DNA of 64,000 nt from TPA_inf: Saccharomyces (GCA_000146045.2 BK006938.2:704001-768000), one strand, 5' to 3'. Positions 35,998 to 47,630 are shown, numbered from the stretch's first letter. A program made the numbers and translations. Notes: generated from the letters alone by a model not told the origin.

Positions 35998-36472
35998 TTT
36001 TTGTCGATCCTCTCAGAAAAAGCTGCTCTGTCGGCTTTTTATTTCACCGTTATAAACATAATTGGGAGGCTTGAGTTTTATATTAGGTATTGCTATTGTT
36101 CCTTTTCCAGTGAGATCGAAGCTTAGCCTTTGAAAAAACCAAAATCACTTTTGATCACGTGCCTCGGGTGGAACGCCCAGCAAATATATAAGTATGTCGT
36201 TTATTAATAAAACGGTAATCGGACTCTAAATATTCCTTCTTTCAGCACTCGCTTATGTCGTTATAAAAACTTGATTAATTTGAGTAATTAGCAGTTTTTG
36301 CCGTAGGTATGTTTTTAGAATGTTCTTTTGCACAGTCAGAAGCGTTGTTACCCATAATTTCGTGTTGAGAATATTAAATAATTACGTAAATGATCTGCCA
36401 AATGCTGACAATGATTGAAAAATAATTTTAAAGTTTAAATAATGCAAAAAATTTGTGTAAAAAGAATATGTG

Positions 36473-37600
36473 TCAACCTAAGCCGTTCCATACAAATAAA
36501 TTTCCATCCCATGCAGTTGAAGCCACATATCCTGGCTTTCCCCACAAGCTCCAGTCAGCTCCAAATACGAATTCTGAATGCTGTGTGAAATTGAAAATGG
36601 AACCTTTAGTAGCATCCGTAGAGTTAGTTTTATATGTTTCTTTTGCACCATCGTTGCTGAGATCTCTCCATATTCGACAGGTCATATCATATGAAGCTGA
36701 CATTAAAATATTGGAATGATGAGGGGACCAGGTAACTTTTCTGATTGCCAGCCCGTGCGCATTAGGGATTTCATTGATGCATGATGAATTGTGAAGTTGG
36801 CCGGGCACAGTCCTCTTGATAGTCGCTGATTCATTTTTATTTAGCATCCTAATGTCCCAGATTCTAATGGCATTATCTACACCTCCTGTGGCAACTACAT
36901 AAGGTCTGTATTTGTTGAAATCGCAAGTCAATGCTTCTAGTCCTGAATGCACTAAAAAATTATTCTGATTTTTGCCGGAAGGTAGTCTAATGTCAAATAA
37001 GCTTGCATAAGAATTCCCTGAACAGGATAATACGAGATTTTGGTCGTGGGGCGAGAACTGTGCTTGGTATACACAGTTCCTGTTTTTTGAAATACCTGTA
37101 AAGCTTTTCTTTTTCAATATAATGGCGTTTAATGGATCCACCATTTTGGTAATCTCTAAAGGTCGTGGAGTAAGGGTCATTAAACTTTGCTTTCTTAGAG
37201 GGGACCATATTTTTATAGATCCATCCCATGAACTACTTAAGAAATTCTGCCTGTTGACTAAGTTCCAATTACAACTGAATACTTCTCGTTCATGCTCTTT
37301 AAATATAGCAATAGGAAACTCTTTAAAGGTTGTATCAAACAAGCGTAATGTACCATCGCCCTGTGCAACCAACACTTGGTTTTCATGACTTTCGTTCCAT
37401 GCAAGATCAAATAAACAATCCTGTGTTAAAAAGGAATTAACTTCCACTATTCTACCTGAACGATCAATCTCAAGGATGAACAATTTTCCATTCCCAACCA
37501 GGCCAAAGTTTGAACCAGCAGCTACCGCGAGCCTGTTATCGAAAAAGGGAGAATACTGGACACCGTACCCACTAAAACCTTGCATATGATATCTGAGCAT
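36473..37600 (-). CDS. PEX7: Peroxisomal PTS2 receptor (WD40 protein), 375 aa.
   Basis: ATG at 37600-37598 gives MLRYHMQGFSGYGVQ. The track ORF begins at GTG 37771, 57 codons upstream. WD repeats present (GSWDGSIKIW, SYDMTCRIW, TAWDGNLFVW). Confidence 0.93.
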   Translation of the reverse strand: MLRYHMQGFSGYGVQYSPFFDNRLAVAAGSNFGLVGNGKLFILEIDRSGRIVEVNSFLTQDCLFDLAWNESHENQVLVAQGDGTLRLFDTTFKEFPIAIFKEHEREVFSCNWNLVNRQNFLSSSWDGSIKIWSPLRKQSLMTLTPRPLEITKMVDPLNAIILKKKSFTGISKNRNCVYQAQFSPHDQNLVLSCSGNSYASLFDIRLPSGKNQNNFLVHSGLEALTCDFNKYRPYVVATGGVDNAIRIWDIRMLNKNESATIKRTVPGQLHNSSCINEIPNAHGLAIRKVTWSPHHSNILMSASYDMTCRIWRDLSNDGAKETYKTNSTDATKGSIFNFTQHSEFVFGADWSLWGKPGYVASTAWDGNLFVWNGLG

Positions 37601-38041
37601 GTTGTATAAATTATGCAAAAAGTTAGATGATAGTCCGTTAACAATATGAGATCTCTGCACTTTTCGAGCGTCGAATTCCAAATCAGAAAGAAAACGATTT
37701 CGACCTCCGGTAAAAGATTTTATGGTAAGAAAACACAGTTTGTGTTCCACAGTTCTTAAAAGTGTTTTCACCTTTTACTGTTTTGCGAAACGACTTTTCA
37801 GAGGAGGTTATGTCGGTGGTTTAATTTCTCGGCCTTCATATTTACTTGCTGGAGACATGCAAATTTCTGATTAACAATGATTATAGAACTTTAAGTAGAA
37901 GTAAAGAAAAATAAGTATATGATATATATATATAAAGATGCAGATAAAAAAAAGGTAAAAGGAGTAGAAAATAATGTCTGAAAATGGATGACTGCCAATA
38001 GGACATATTTTCATATTAACATACTTCAGAAGCGGTATTGT

Positions 38042-39874
38042 TTATTGTGATGATCGTTGCTCATTGTTATCATTAGGGACGTCGTTATGAATGGTGGTGT
38101 CCGAACTGCTTGAACCTTGGCCTTGAGAGGGATTTTCGTCTGTAGGAGGAAAGGCAGCAGAATTGTTGTTGCGTAGTTCGACGGTAGTAACATCACCATT
38201 TTGATTTCTATAACTGGCAACACCGGAGGAAAACAAGTTATTTCTGTTGTTCTCACCAGTACTTCCACCTCGTTGTTGATCATTGCTATGGTTATTGTCG
38301 TTATTGTTGTCTCTTGAGCCATTCGTAAAATGGCCTGTTAATCGTGAAATATTTTCCAAAAAGGAACTTCCTTGCGTTGTATCAGAGGACGATGAGTCAT
38401 TACGTCCTTGGTTGTGAACAGTTTGTGCTCCGGGTGCTGTTGTTGCAGAGGTATCAGAAGTTCCCCTCTGAGCAACGTTGAATATGTGATCCAAAACGGC
38501 TCTTAGTCTGTTGTGGTGAGGGTCTGTAGCGTCACTACTAGTGTTATTTGAGTTTGGACCGTTCGCTGCTGATGGGCTTGCCGAAGAATCAGAAGCGGAA
38601 GGATTCGGATTTGGACTGTGGAATTGGAACAAAGTCAAAGGGATGGGAACCCAGCGCGGACTTTGATTGTTATTCGAACCACCAGAATTAGAGGGTGGAT
38701 TTTGAGTAGTTGAGCTCGGCCCGTTGACACCGTTTCTATCGCTATCATTAGGCGGTAAACGGACTGGATTGTGTAAAGGTTGGCCGTTTTGAGGCACTAA
38801 AAAAAAGCCTGTTCTTGATAACATCTGTTCGCCAGAACTTGCATTTCCGATAGTGGGAACCGTTGTATTGGACGTGTTTTCGGATGGGGCGGAACTATTT
38901 TCGTTAGTGCTATTCACTGCAGTTGGGTCGTATAAAACTCGTCTAATACGTTCAAAAGCAGCTTCGTTAGCTGCTACTTCATCCGTATCTTGTTGGGCTG
39001 CACGTTGAACACCTACAGATTCGCTGATCTTTTGTCTACAAAGGGGACAAGAATTTTCTAATCTTGACCATTTGTAGATACATTCCCTCCCAAAAATGTG
39101 GCCACAAGGTAACTTGATTGGTGAGTGTTTGTAGCTTGGATTTGTTTCTTCATCATTGAGAGTGCGTTGTTGTTCAGTGAGAGGAATAGAAGGCGGTTCA
39201 ACAACCGTAGCATTTGTAATCGATGGGTTACTGTCATTATCGGCGGTTGTGCGTAGGGGCGCACCTTCATTATCCTTCCTTTTTTTTGTTCCTTCAGATT
39301 CCTCCTCATTTTCAGAATCCCTTTTTCTTTTTGCTTTAGTTGAATCAACTTCATCTTCATATTCGTCATAACATATACTACATAAGGGCCCTTCGGCCTT
39401 GGGTAGATCAGAAACTTGCAGAACGGGGAGCTTATCAAACTCATCCTTTGATATTCCTTTTGGTCTATTTAATAGTCTGTTGAATCTCTCCATTGCAAGC
39501 TGAGCAGCAACAGATATGAAGCTGTTCAAACGGTCTTGTGGAGTAGACGCAGGAACATCACGAAAAGATAAAACAAGAGCACCGTCGGGTTGATGGCCCC
39601 CATTTCCGATGCCAAAGCTGGGCCCAGTACCGTTGGCAATCGTGCTACCGGATGCTGCGCTGTTGTTTTCGTTATTATCATTATTAGATATATTGCTCAA
39701 ATGTGCTAATCTCTCCGGAGTGAAATAGGAATACTGAATGGAAACGGTTATGTTTCTTGTTTGCTCAGCACCACCATTGAGTGGACCGGAAGCTGCATTT
39801 GAATTATTATTATTTTCAGCATTATTTGGTGATGTATTTGTGCCTCTGTTTTGTTCTTGACCACTTTCACTCAT
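38042..39874 (-). CDS. SAN1: Nuclear quality-control RING-H2 ubiquitin ligase, 610 aa.
   Basis: ATG at 39874. The track starts at TTG, three codons upstream. RING motif CSICYDEY...CGHIFGRECIYKW...CPLCR. Disordered Asn/Ser-rich flanks. Confidence 0.93.
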   Translation of the reverse strand: MSESGQEQNRGTNTSPNNAENNNNSNAASGPLNGGAEQTRNITVSIQYSYFTPERLAHLSNISNNDNNENNSAASGSTIANGTGPSFGIGNGGHQPDGALVLSFRDVPASTPQDRLNSFISVAAQLAMERFNRLLNRPKGISKDEFDKLPVLQVSDLPKAEGPLCSICYDEYEDEVDSTKAKRKRDSENEEESEGTKKRKDNEGAPLRTTADNDSNPSITNATVVEPPSIPLTEQQRTLNDEETNPSYKHSPIKLPCGHIFGRECIYKWSRLENSCPLCRQKISESVGVQRAAQQDTDEVAANEAAFERIRRVLYDPTAVNSTNENSSAPSENTSNTTVPTIGNASSGEQMLSRTGFFLVPQNGQPLHNPVRLPPNDSDRNGVNGPSSTTQNPPSNSGGSNNNQSPRWVPIPLTLFQFHSPNPNPSASDSSASPSAANGPNSNNTSSDATDPHHNRLRAVLDHIFNVAQRGTSDTSATTAPGAQTVHNQGRNDSSSSDTTQGSSFLENISRLTGHFTNGSRDNNNDNNHSNDQQRGGSTGENNRNNLFSSGVASYRNQNGDVTTVELRNNNSAAFPPTDENPSQGQGSSSSDTTIHNDVPNDNNEQRSSQ

Positions 39875-40310
39875 AATGAACAAAAGCTGAGGTTACAAGA
39901 CTATGAGAGAAAACAAAGGGGAAAAAAGGGAGAAACGAACTATCCTGAAATGCTAAATAATTTCTATCTATAGTAGCTTCACTAGAGGATATATATGATA
40001 AACTATATTTCCTTCAATATATAGTTTTTAGCTATTATTTCATTATTGATTTGGTGATACTAATGCAATGTAGTTATATGTAAAAAATTCTTTCATATTT
40101 TTTGACAATGGCAGATAGAATGTTTTACCCGGCTTTTTGCGTCGAAGTATATAATTGTTGATTAAGAAGCCAGTAACAATAAAAAAGAACAGTATTATTT
40201 ATTTTACGTTAAAAGACGCTTTTCTTTCAAGTAATGTACAATGTTATACCTCCAGATATACATTGCAACTTTTAAAGTCTAGTAAATGCTTATATGGAGG
40301 GAGGGATTTA

Positions 40311-42101
40311 TCAAATGTGATGAAAAATAGCTGTAATGAACCTGGCGAAAAATGGAGGATTCAGATTGTGTCCTCCGTTTTCTTTTCTCGTAGATGAACT
40401 TGAGGTGGGAGATAACATTCCTGTTGAGGAAGTACTTGAGGTAGATTTTGAAATAGAGAGAGCTGTCGTACTTGTTTGGGTTTTTTGGCCTTTGGAGCTG
40501 GAAGAACTTGTTGCCGAATGAGACGTGGAAGCAAAGTACGATATACTGGAGTTAGCTGCCGTGGAAAACATGTTGCCGCCGGAGACAATACTTTCATATG
40601 TAGACCAAGTGCTTGAGTAACCAGGTGCTTTAAGAGCACTTGGAACCGCGCTCTCTATAATCTCAATGTATTCACCGTCGTCGCTGAAGTTAGCCTGAGC
40701 CATTGATATCTCCATATTGTCCAGATCATATACCACGTAAGTATTAGCTAAGAAGTTATCACCCAAAATAATGGTCGGATCTGACTGCGGTGCAATACCT
40801 AGTATACAAATGTTTGAACGACTATCTGTGACTAGCTGAAAATCGCTTAACCAATTAGAAAGATAGAATCCACCAAAATCAAAGATGATGCTACTCTCTT
40901 CTTCCATCTCTTTGATACAATCCATTATGTAGTAACCATATGCAGAAGAGTAAGTAGCTCCGACCTGGTCGGCAAGCATTTTTACCAGCTCAGTTGGCAT
41001 ATACGATATGGTCGTACCTGAATCTAGCAGGACTGGGATCTTTGTAGTGGTTAGGGTTGTCAGATTGTCTTCTTTATCCCCTTTCGACGTACCTAATCCT
41101 TGTAAAGTGACTTGGAATTGAATTGGATCCTTGTAGCCGCGATGCTGCAAAGTATTAATGATGGGAATTGTGTATAGGTCGCCCGCATATTTTCCATGAT
41201 CCACAGCGCCAAACAAAATGGTACCATGTTTCGAATCAGAATCATTTGCGAATAAAGAATAAGCTGTTGATTTTATTACACCCGAATTCTTTAGCACCAT
41301 CGGAAAGTTATTGTAAGTGTAGCTTTTTTGTACAGAGCTGAGAGAAACACCAGAATAAGTTGACTCCAAGCCAGGCAAACCAATACCCAAGACACCAACT
41401 GTTGAGTTTGTTTCGTTTGCTACAGCAAATGATAAACCCGTAATGTTCAAATCGTTCAAGCTCAATTGATCATGGCCCCAGGTACCAGATGCAAAAGTCG
41501 TATCACCATAGGCGATCGAAAATTCTGTATTATTGGAGTTGAATGTAGACGACTTAGAGGTATTAAATGTCCCGTATGTAGCGCAGTCAATTAACTGTGA
41601 TGTAGAAGCTGTACTATCAAAAGTAGCAGTGGCTTCGCTGGTAACTATAGTGGTGTCGTAGCTAATTTCAGTAAACACACTCTCAACCACGCTAGCCAAA
41701 GCATCCTTGTTTACTTGTTTAAAGGATGAGCCAGTGGTATCCTTCTTTTTAGTGGAACAGTATGGGTTGTCTGAACCCGTGACCCATAGATCAGAAGAAC
41801 CAGTGTCGACAAGCACAGTAACTTTTTGAGGAGGGGTGCCAATATCTAATTCCACCGAATAAAAACTGTTTTGATTAGTCAGTTCCACCAGCTCGTAATC
41901 ATCATCTCTTGTCATCAAACGCGTTCTACCTTTTGTATCATCCAAAGCGTTTTCAAATGAACTGCCGTATTTCTTCTGAAAATTCATTTTGACATAGACT
42001 TCATTACTTGGTAAGGATGGAAAATCTGTAACACCGGCATCTACTATTGAGCTGCAGACAAGTAATGCATCTACGACAAATGTGAGGACAGATAATTTCA
42101 T
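40311..42101 (-). CDS. MKC7: GPI-anchored aspartyl protease (yapsin 2), 596 aa.
   Basis: ATG at 42101 gives MKLSVLTFVVDALLVCSS, a signal peptide. The track starts at TTG 42206. Active-site motifs DTGSSD and DSGTT. Ser/Thr-rich stalk and hydrophobic C-terminus. Confidence 0.94.
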   Translation of the reverse strand: MKLSVLTFVVDALLVCSSIVDAGVTDFPSLPSNEVYVKMNFQKKYGSSFENALDDTKGRTRLMTRDDDYELVELTNQNSFYSVELDIGTPPQKVTVLVDTGSSDLWVTGSDNPYCSTKKKDTTGSSFKQVNKDALASVVESVFTEISYDTTIVTSEATATFDSTASTSQLIDCATYGTFNTSKSSTFNSNNTEFSIAYGDTTFASGTWGHDQLSLNDLNITGLSFAVANETNSTVGVLGIGLPGLESTYSGVSLSSVQKSYTYNNFPMVLKNSGVIKSTAYSLFANDSDSKHGTILFGAVDHGKYAGDLYTIPIINTLQHRGYKDPIQFQVTLQGLGTSKGDKEDNLTTLTTTKIPVLLDSGTTISYMPTELVKMLADQVGATYSSAYGYYIMDCIKEMEEESSIIFDFGGFYLSNWLSDFQLVTDSRSNICILGIAPQSDPTIILGDNFLANTYVVYDLDNMEISMAQANFSDDGEYIEIIESAVPSALKAPGYSSTWSTYESIVSGGNMFSTAANSSISYFASTSHSATSSSSSKGQKTQTSTTALSISKSTSSTSSTGMLSPTSSSSTRKENGGHNLNPPFFARFITAIFHHI

Positions 42102-42737
42102 AGAGCTCTTTCTTTTTCGTTTATTTTTGACGTATTTGCTCAAGCGAATAACGACAAAAGCTTGTTCTCTCGTTGATACTTTTAGCCAATTACAATTTCT
42201 TAGCAAGAACGAGTGACGCCAACCAAATTTCTCCCAAAAGTGATTATCTGAATAATGAAAGATGGTAGGAAATAAGGTATTGAAACAGGTTCAAAACTTT
42301 AAAAGAAAACTGCCAAATAAACTTTCTCGATGCGTAGCTGAAATTTCAACTTCAAAAAAAAAAAAACGCGTGTAACTTTCTACGTGCAAAACGATGTGTA
42401 TGAATCCCGTCTTAATTAGTAAATAGGGTCTAGTAAGCGTAGCGAGGATGAATTAAATGCATTGTTGAATATGAAGAGCACCTTATGGTATATAAATGTA
42501 CAATCTTGATTCATGACAGCTTTGCAAGTAAACGTATCAAATGAATATCACGATTTTGGCTGTATTACCCGGGCAGTATACGCGGCGAATTTTGTTAAAA
42601 AATGTGTTAGACTTAAGTCGGAGCAAATGAATAATGGGCATATATAGCGCATAGGTTCGCTAGTGTAAGACAGGAGACTGTCCAATAGCATTCGAATCAT
42701 AACCGAATCTTTGCCAGTGTGTGTATAAAATACGACA

Positions 42738-43526
42738 ATGTCTTCCAATCCAGAAAATTCTGGTGTTAATGCGAATAATAATACGGGCACTGGTAACGCT
42801 GATGCGATCACAGGAGCTCAGCAAAATATGGTACTGCAACCGAGACAGTTGCAAGAAATGGCCGCTAAGTTCAGGACATTACTGACTGAAGCAAGAAATG
42901 TAGGTGAAACTACTCCTAGGGGCAAGGAATTGATGTTCCAAGCCGCAAAGATCAAACAGGTATATGATGCCCTTACACTGAATAGGAGAAGACAACAGGC
43001 TGCGCAAGCCTACAATAATACTTCAAATTCAAATTCAAGCAATCCAGCTTCTATTCCTACTGAAAATGTCCCTAATTCATCACAGCAACAACAACAACAA
43101 CAACAACAGACAAGAAACAACAGTAACAAATTTAGCAATATGATAAAACAGGTTCTCACCCCGGAAGAGAACCAAGAATATGAAAAGCTATGGCAGAATT
43201 TCCAAGTCCGTCATACGAGTATAAAGGAGAAAGAGACCTACTTGAAACAAAATATTGATAGGTTAGAACAAGAAATAAATAAACAGACGGACGAAGGGCC
43301 CAAGCAGCAGCTACAAGAAAAGAAAATTGAACTGCTTAACGATTGGAAGGTGCTAAAAATTGAGTATACCAAGCTGTTCAATAATTATCAAAACAGTAAA
43401 AAAACATTCTATGTAGAGTGTGCAAGACACAATCCGGCTTTACATAAATTCTTGCAAGAAAGCACTCAACAGCAACGAGTGCAGCAACAAAGGGTACAAC
43501 AACAACAACAACAACAGCAGCAGCAG

Positions 43527-43566
<40 letters not shown>

Positions 43567-44357
43567 GCCAGGGTCAAAACCAAAGAAAGATTTCTAGTTC
43601 TAATTCTACTGAAATACCCTCTGTAACCGGCCCTGATGCACTGAAATCGCAGCAGCAGCAGCAGAATACAATAACTGCCACCAATAATCCCAGGGGCAAT
43701 GTTAACACTTCACAGACTGAACAATCGAAAGCTAAGGTAACCAATGTAAATGCAACGGCATCTATGTTGAATAATATAAGTTCGAGCAAATCGGCAATAT
43801 TCAAACAAACAGAGCCTGCCATACCCATATCGGAAAATATATCTACCAAAACACCAGCACCGGTAGCTTATAGATCCAACAGACCTACAATAACTGGAGG
43901 TTCTGCTATGAATGCCAGTGCTTTGAATACACCAGCAACAACTAAATTACCACCCTATGAAATGGATACTCAGAGAGTTATGTCAAAGCGTAAATTAAGA
44001 GAGTTAGTGAAGACTGTCGGAATTGATGAGGGTGACGGTGAAACTGTCATTGACGGTGATGTTGAGGAATTACTATTGGATCTTGCCGACGATTTTGTTA
44101 CTAATGTTACAGCTTTTTCTTGTAGATTGGCAAAACACAGAAAATCGGACAATTTGGAGGCAAGAGACATTCAGTTACATTTGGAGAGAAATTGGAATAT
44201 TAGGATTCCTGGTTATTCCGCAGACGAAATAAGAAGTACAAGAAAATGGAATCCCTCTCAAAATTATAACCAGAAATTGCAGAGTATCACATCAGATAAG
44301 GTAGCAGCTGCAAAAAACAATGGAAACAATGTTGCAAGCTTGAATACAAAAAAATAA
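42738..44357 (+). CDS. TAF12: TFIID and SAGA subunit with a C-terminal histone fold, 539 aa.
   Basis: PolyQ tracts, a histone-fold C-terminus (LLDLADDFVTNVTAFSCRLAKHRKSDNLEARDIQLHLERNWNI), and matching length. Confidence 0.93.
43497..43565 (+). repeat. TAF12: Pure (CAA/CAG)23 trinucleotide run encoding polyQ in TAF12. A second CAG(CAA)7CAG run of 9 Gln lies at 43083-43109.
   Basis: Counted directly from the sequence. Confidence 0.95.
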
Positions 44358-44612
44358 TTATGTTACCCACATTCTCCACTCTTCCACAGAAAAAATTCCT
44401 AAAGTTATAGTTCACATTGTTATATATGTATCTATAAAGCGAAATTTTTTAAAATTAATTGATTAATTAATATTTTGTATCTAAAGTGTTCATACTATAT
44501 TATTTACTTAGATTATACATAATTAAAAAAAAAAAAAACTTTTTTTCCTTGTTTTCATTTTGTTTTTATTATTAAATATTAAAAAAAGTGTCCATAACAT
44601 CAATGTTTTTTT

Positions 44613-46742
44613 TTACCTTTGATTAGTTTTCATTGGCGAAACCATAATCCCCGTTCCATTCCCATCATAACTACGCTCTCTTCTGAGTTGATCTTCAAGC
44701 TTGAACATCAACTGTCCATTATGATCCTTGTTAATATTTTCTTTGATTGGACTACTAGAAACACTTGAAGTTCCATCTTTTCTTGGTCTTCCTCTTTTTC
44801 TTGGAGACCTTTTAATTACCACGTTTTCATACTTTTTACCACCGCTGCAAATCATTCTACTTCTGTGCACAACCAAAGCGTCTTCTCTATTGAATTTCTT
44901 ACCACAGGGACATGCATACGCCTTTTCTTGGTGCGATTTTTTGTGTCTTATCAAGTCATGATTTCGTACAAATGCCTTATCACATCCAGGGTGATCACAG
45001 GAATATGGCCGATCTTCCAAATGTGTTTGAATATGAGATCTGATGTTATACCTTCTCTTGAATGTTTTTGTACATCCAGGAAATAAACATTCAAATGTTT
45101 TATCAGGCATTTCCTTCACATATTTATCGATTGAACCTCTGGGCAGTGTTGTGAGTTTTCTTGTGATTTTTGAGGGACTATTTGTGGTATATGTGTTGAT
45201 TTCCTTAATGTGTGTGCCGAATTGAGGAGATCTTCCTTCGTACTTACTTTGTGACTTAAGAACGGGAGAAGGCGTTTCGGAAATAACAAATCTACTTTCA
45301 GGCTCATTTTCCTCATTATCATCTCCTTCATTGTCTGTATTTTTCGTAAGTACATTAGGGTCTAAATCATTGAAAACGCCTTCCCGATGTCGTGCTTGCT
45401 GGCTCGGCGGCTTTAGATGTGGTGTCGCAGCATTGATACCCAATGCATTCTCACTGATAGAGCTAAAGTGTAACTGCTTACCTCTTGGTGTATATTGGTC
45501 TATATAACTGGAGGAAAGGGATACTTTATTGACTGATGGAGTATTATTTACAGACCCAGGAATTGTAGGCATAATATCCACAGAAGCACTCTTTAAAGAC
45601 ACTGATTTTGTAGGAGAAGGACCTGGTTTTCCAAGAAGTTCAATACCCAGGCCCAAAGGTTTCTCTGAATATTCGCTTTCCTGATCTTCAACATTAATCT
45701 TGAAATCTAACCTTAAGTTATTAGGGGTAATGTTAGCAGAGTTGGACGTAGCTGAACTAACTCTACTCTTTGGAGTGAAGGGCGTAATAAATTTGGTTTT
45801 TGAACTGAGGTTTTCATTTGGATTCGAGCGAATTTTCTTTGGTGAAATGAGGGAGTCATTGAAACCTTCGTTCAATTCCTGGAAACATAGTGGTCCTACA
45901 GTACCACTAGAGTTTTTTCTCTGCAGGCAGTACTTTTGTCTATTGTTTCTCCTAGAAGGTGACCCAGTGAACGAAGTATTAGACATTGGTGGGGAAATCA
46001 TTGGTGAAAGGCTATTTGCGTATACATCCTCCACATTTTCTGAAGCAGGAGAGATCTTCCTTTTGGGAGATAAAAACTGTGGACCATCAGAGTTCTCTAA
46101 GGTAGCCTGTAGTTGTTGTTGCTTGTATTGTGTTTGTTTGAGTTCTAACTCTAACTTCTTATTAGCCTCTTGTTGTGCTCTCAATTGCTCGCGCAACTCT
46201 TGTTGTTGCTGTAACAGTAATTCCCCGAGGTTTCTATCGAAGCCTTTATTAATTTCACTTTTGTTTATAGTCGACAATAAATTATCCGCCATGGAAATCT
46301 TCTTTTCATCGTGGGGCTTATCACTCATTGTTTTTTGATAAACAGTCATACCACTGTCTTGATTTAATCTATTTTCATTCAACAAGCTAGTTGCATTTAG
46401 AGTCACTTCTCTTGAATTATTTTCTAAGTCAAAGTTCATACTTTGCCAATCATTTCCTATTAACTCGGAGAAAGTAGAAACCTTGACAGATTTTTCATCA
46501 GAAAGTGGTCCCAGCGGAAGGTTTAAGTCATTTATTTCATTCATTATAACTTCGTTGGTTTCACCATAGTTTAGGTTCAATATATTGCCTAAATCATCTG
46601 TTGCTAGTGTTTTATATTCGCCTTCTATTGCATAACTCGAAGGGTCACTGCCTCTAGCATTTGAGTAATAAGAGTTGGTTTGTAGGTCAAAATTTAGGCT
46701 TTGTACTTTTGAGGCATCAAACCAAGAGTTTGATGTATCCAT
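44613..46742 (-). CDS. SWI5: C2H2 zinc-finger transcription factor for M/G1 genes, 709 aa.
   Basis: Three C-terminal C2H2 fingers (FECLFPGCTKTFKRRYNIRSHIQTH, YSCDHPGCDKAFVRNHDLIRHKKSH, YACPCGKKFNREDALVVH). Length matches. Confidence 0.95.
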   Translation of the reverse strand: MDTSNSWFDASKVQSLNFDLQTNSYYSNARGSDPSSYAIEGEYKTLATDDLGNILNLNYGETNEVIMNEINDLNLPLGPLSDEKSVKVSTFSELIGNDWQSMNFDLENNSREVTLNATSLLNENRLNQDSGMTVYQKTMSDKPHDEKKISMADNLLSTINKSEINKGFDRNLGELLLQQQQELREQLRAQQEANKKLELELKQTQYKQQQLQATLENSDGPQFLSPKRKISPASENVEDVYANSLSPMISPPMSNTSFTGSPSRRNNRQKYCLQRKNSSGTVGPLCFQELNEGFNDSLISPKKIRSNPNENLSSKTKFITPFTPKSRVSSATSNSANITPNNLRLDFKINVEDQESEYSEKPLGLGIELLGKPGPSPTKSVSLKSASVDIMPTIPGSVNNTPSVNKVSLSSSYIDQYTPRGKQLHFSSISENALGINAATPHLKPPSQQARHREGVFNDLDPNVLTKNTDNEGDDNEENEPESRFVISETPSPVLKSQSKYEGRSPQFGTHIKEINTYTTNSPSKITRKLTTLPRGSIDKYVKEMPDKTFECLFPGCTKTFKRRYNIRSHIQTHLEDRPYSCDHPGCDKAFVRNHDLIRHKKSHQEKAYACPCGKKFNREDALVVHRSRMICSGGKKYENVVIKRSPRKRGRPRKDGTSSVSSSPIKENINKDHNGQLMFKLEDQLRRERSYDGNGTGIMVSPMKTNQR

Positions 46743-47035
46743 CTTTTTCGAAAAAACAATGACGTTAATATTTTATTTGATTGCGCTTTAATTATATCGC
46801 AGATGTTAAACACGTTCTCAGGATCTATTTACCTAGCTCCAAGAACGAGTTATATGGTGGTATCTATATTGTCGTTCTCAAATCTTTCTTCCAACGATGC
46901 CTTTTTGTCTTCCGTGCCAATACATAAATAGTGAATAAAATTGCAGACGATCCTCTATAGTACTCAATCATTGTTTATAGAGCAGATCTATAGGGAGAAA
47001 GAAAGATAATTAGTCGCTAATGGTAGGTATTGTTA

Positions 47036-47059
47036 TTGTTTACCTTTTTCCTAAACAGG
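47036..47059. promoter_or_regulatory. Composite forkhead site (TTGTTTACC, which is GGTAAACAA on the other strand) beside an Mcm1-like CC(N6)GG box (CCTAAACAGG), about 300 bp upstream of SWI5.
   Basis: Motifs read directly. This is the CLB2-cluster architecture expected for SWI5 (Mcm1 plus SFF/Fkh2). Confidence 0.5.
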
Positions 47060-47630
47060 TTAAAGTACGAAAGTGAAAATTTCATCCTCTCTACTTGCCC
47101 GGATTGGGATTCAGACCAAGATATTTCCAACAATGCTGCTATGAATTGGAACAGAGATGTTCTAATGAATATTTAACAAGGTGTGAGCGGAGTGTACCAC
47201 TCCTATCGGCTTTCAGATAATCATACTACCTTTCAGAATATCTAACAATAACACTCCGATATTTGATTCGCTCTCCTTTAAGACAGAAATAACATTGGCC
47301 CTAGAATCCAATGCCGTAAATATCTACTTGACACCATTTAATGAAAGAACTGTCTGACTGCCGAAGTTTTATAAGTAGTTTGACTATGTTTCATAAGTTA
47401 GGCCACTAGACAGCATGTGAAAACGGTGATGATAGTAAAAAAATATCGTTTGGGTTTTGGCTACCCGGAGGTCGTTTGCAAAAGAAAGTGTATGCAAATC
47501 TACAAAACAATAGATGTCGTTGTTGAGATAACAGATTGGCACAAAATTACTAAATTGTTGTGGTACGCAGCTATAGTTTGTACGAAAGTAGTAGCAGAAA
47601 TTAACAGATACAGATCTGCAATTTGGCATA

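Noticed and set aside
42350-42372. A13 tract followed by ACGCGT in the MKC7-TAF12 divergent promoter.
   Set aside because: A single MluI/MCB hexamer next to a poly(A) nucleosome-excluding tract is common by chance. Neither gene is a known G1/S target.
45700-46338. 212-aa plus-strand ORF inside SWI5. Similar antisense ORFs lie at 11787-12302 (FIN1), 34700-35245 (DOP1) and 50651-51073 (KGD2).
   Set aside because: They are antisense to well-supported genes. No domains, and they are compositionally biased.
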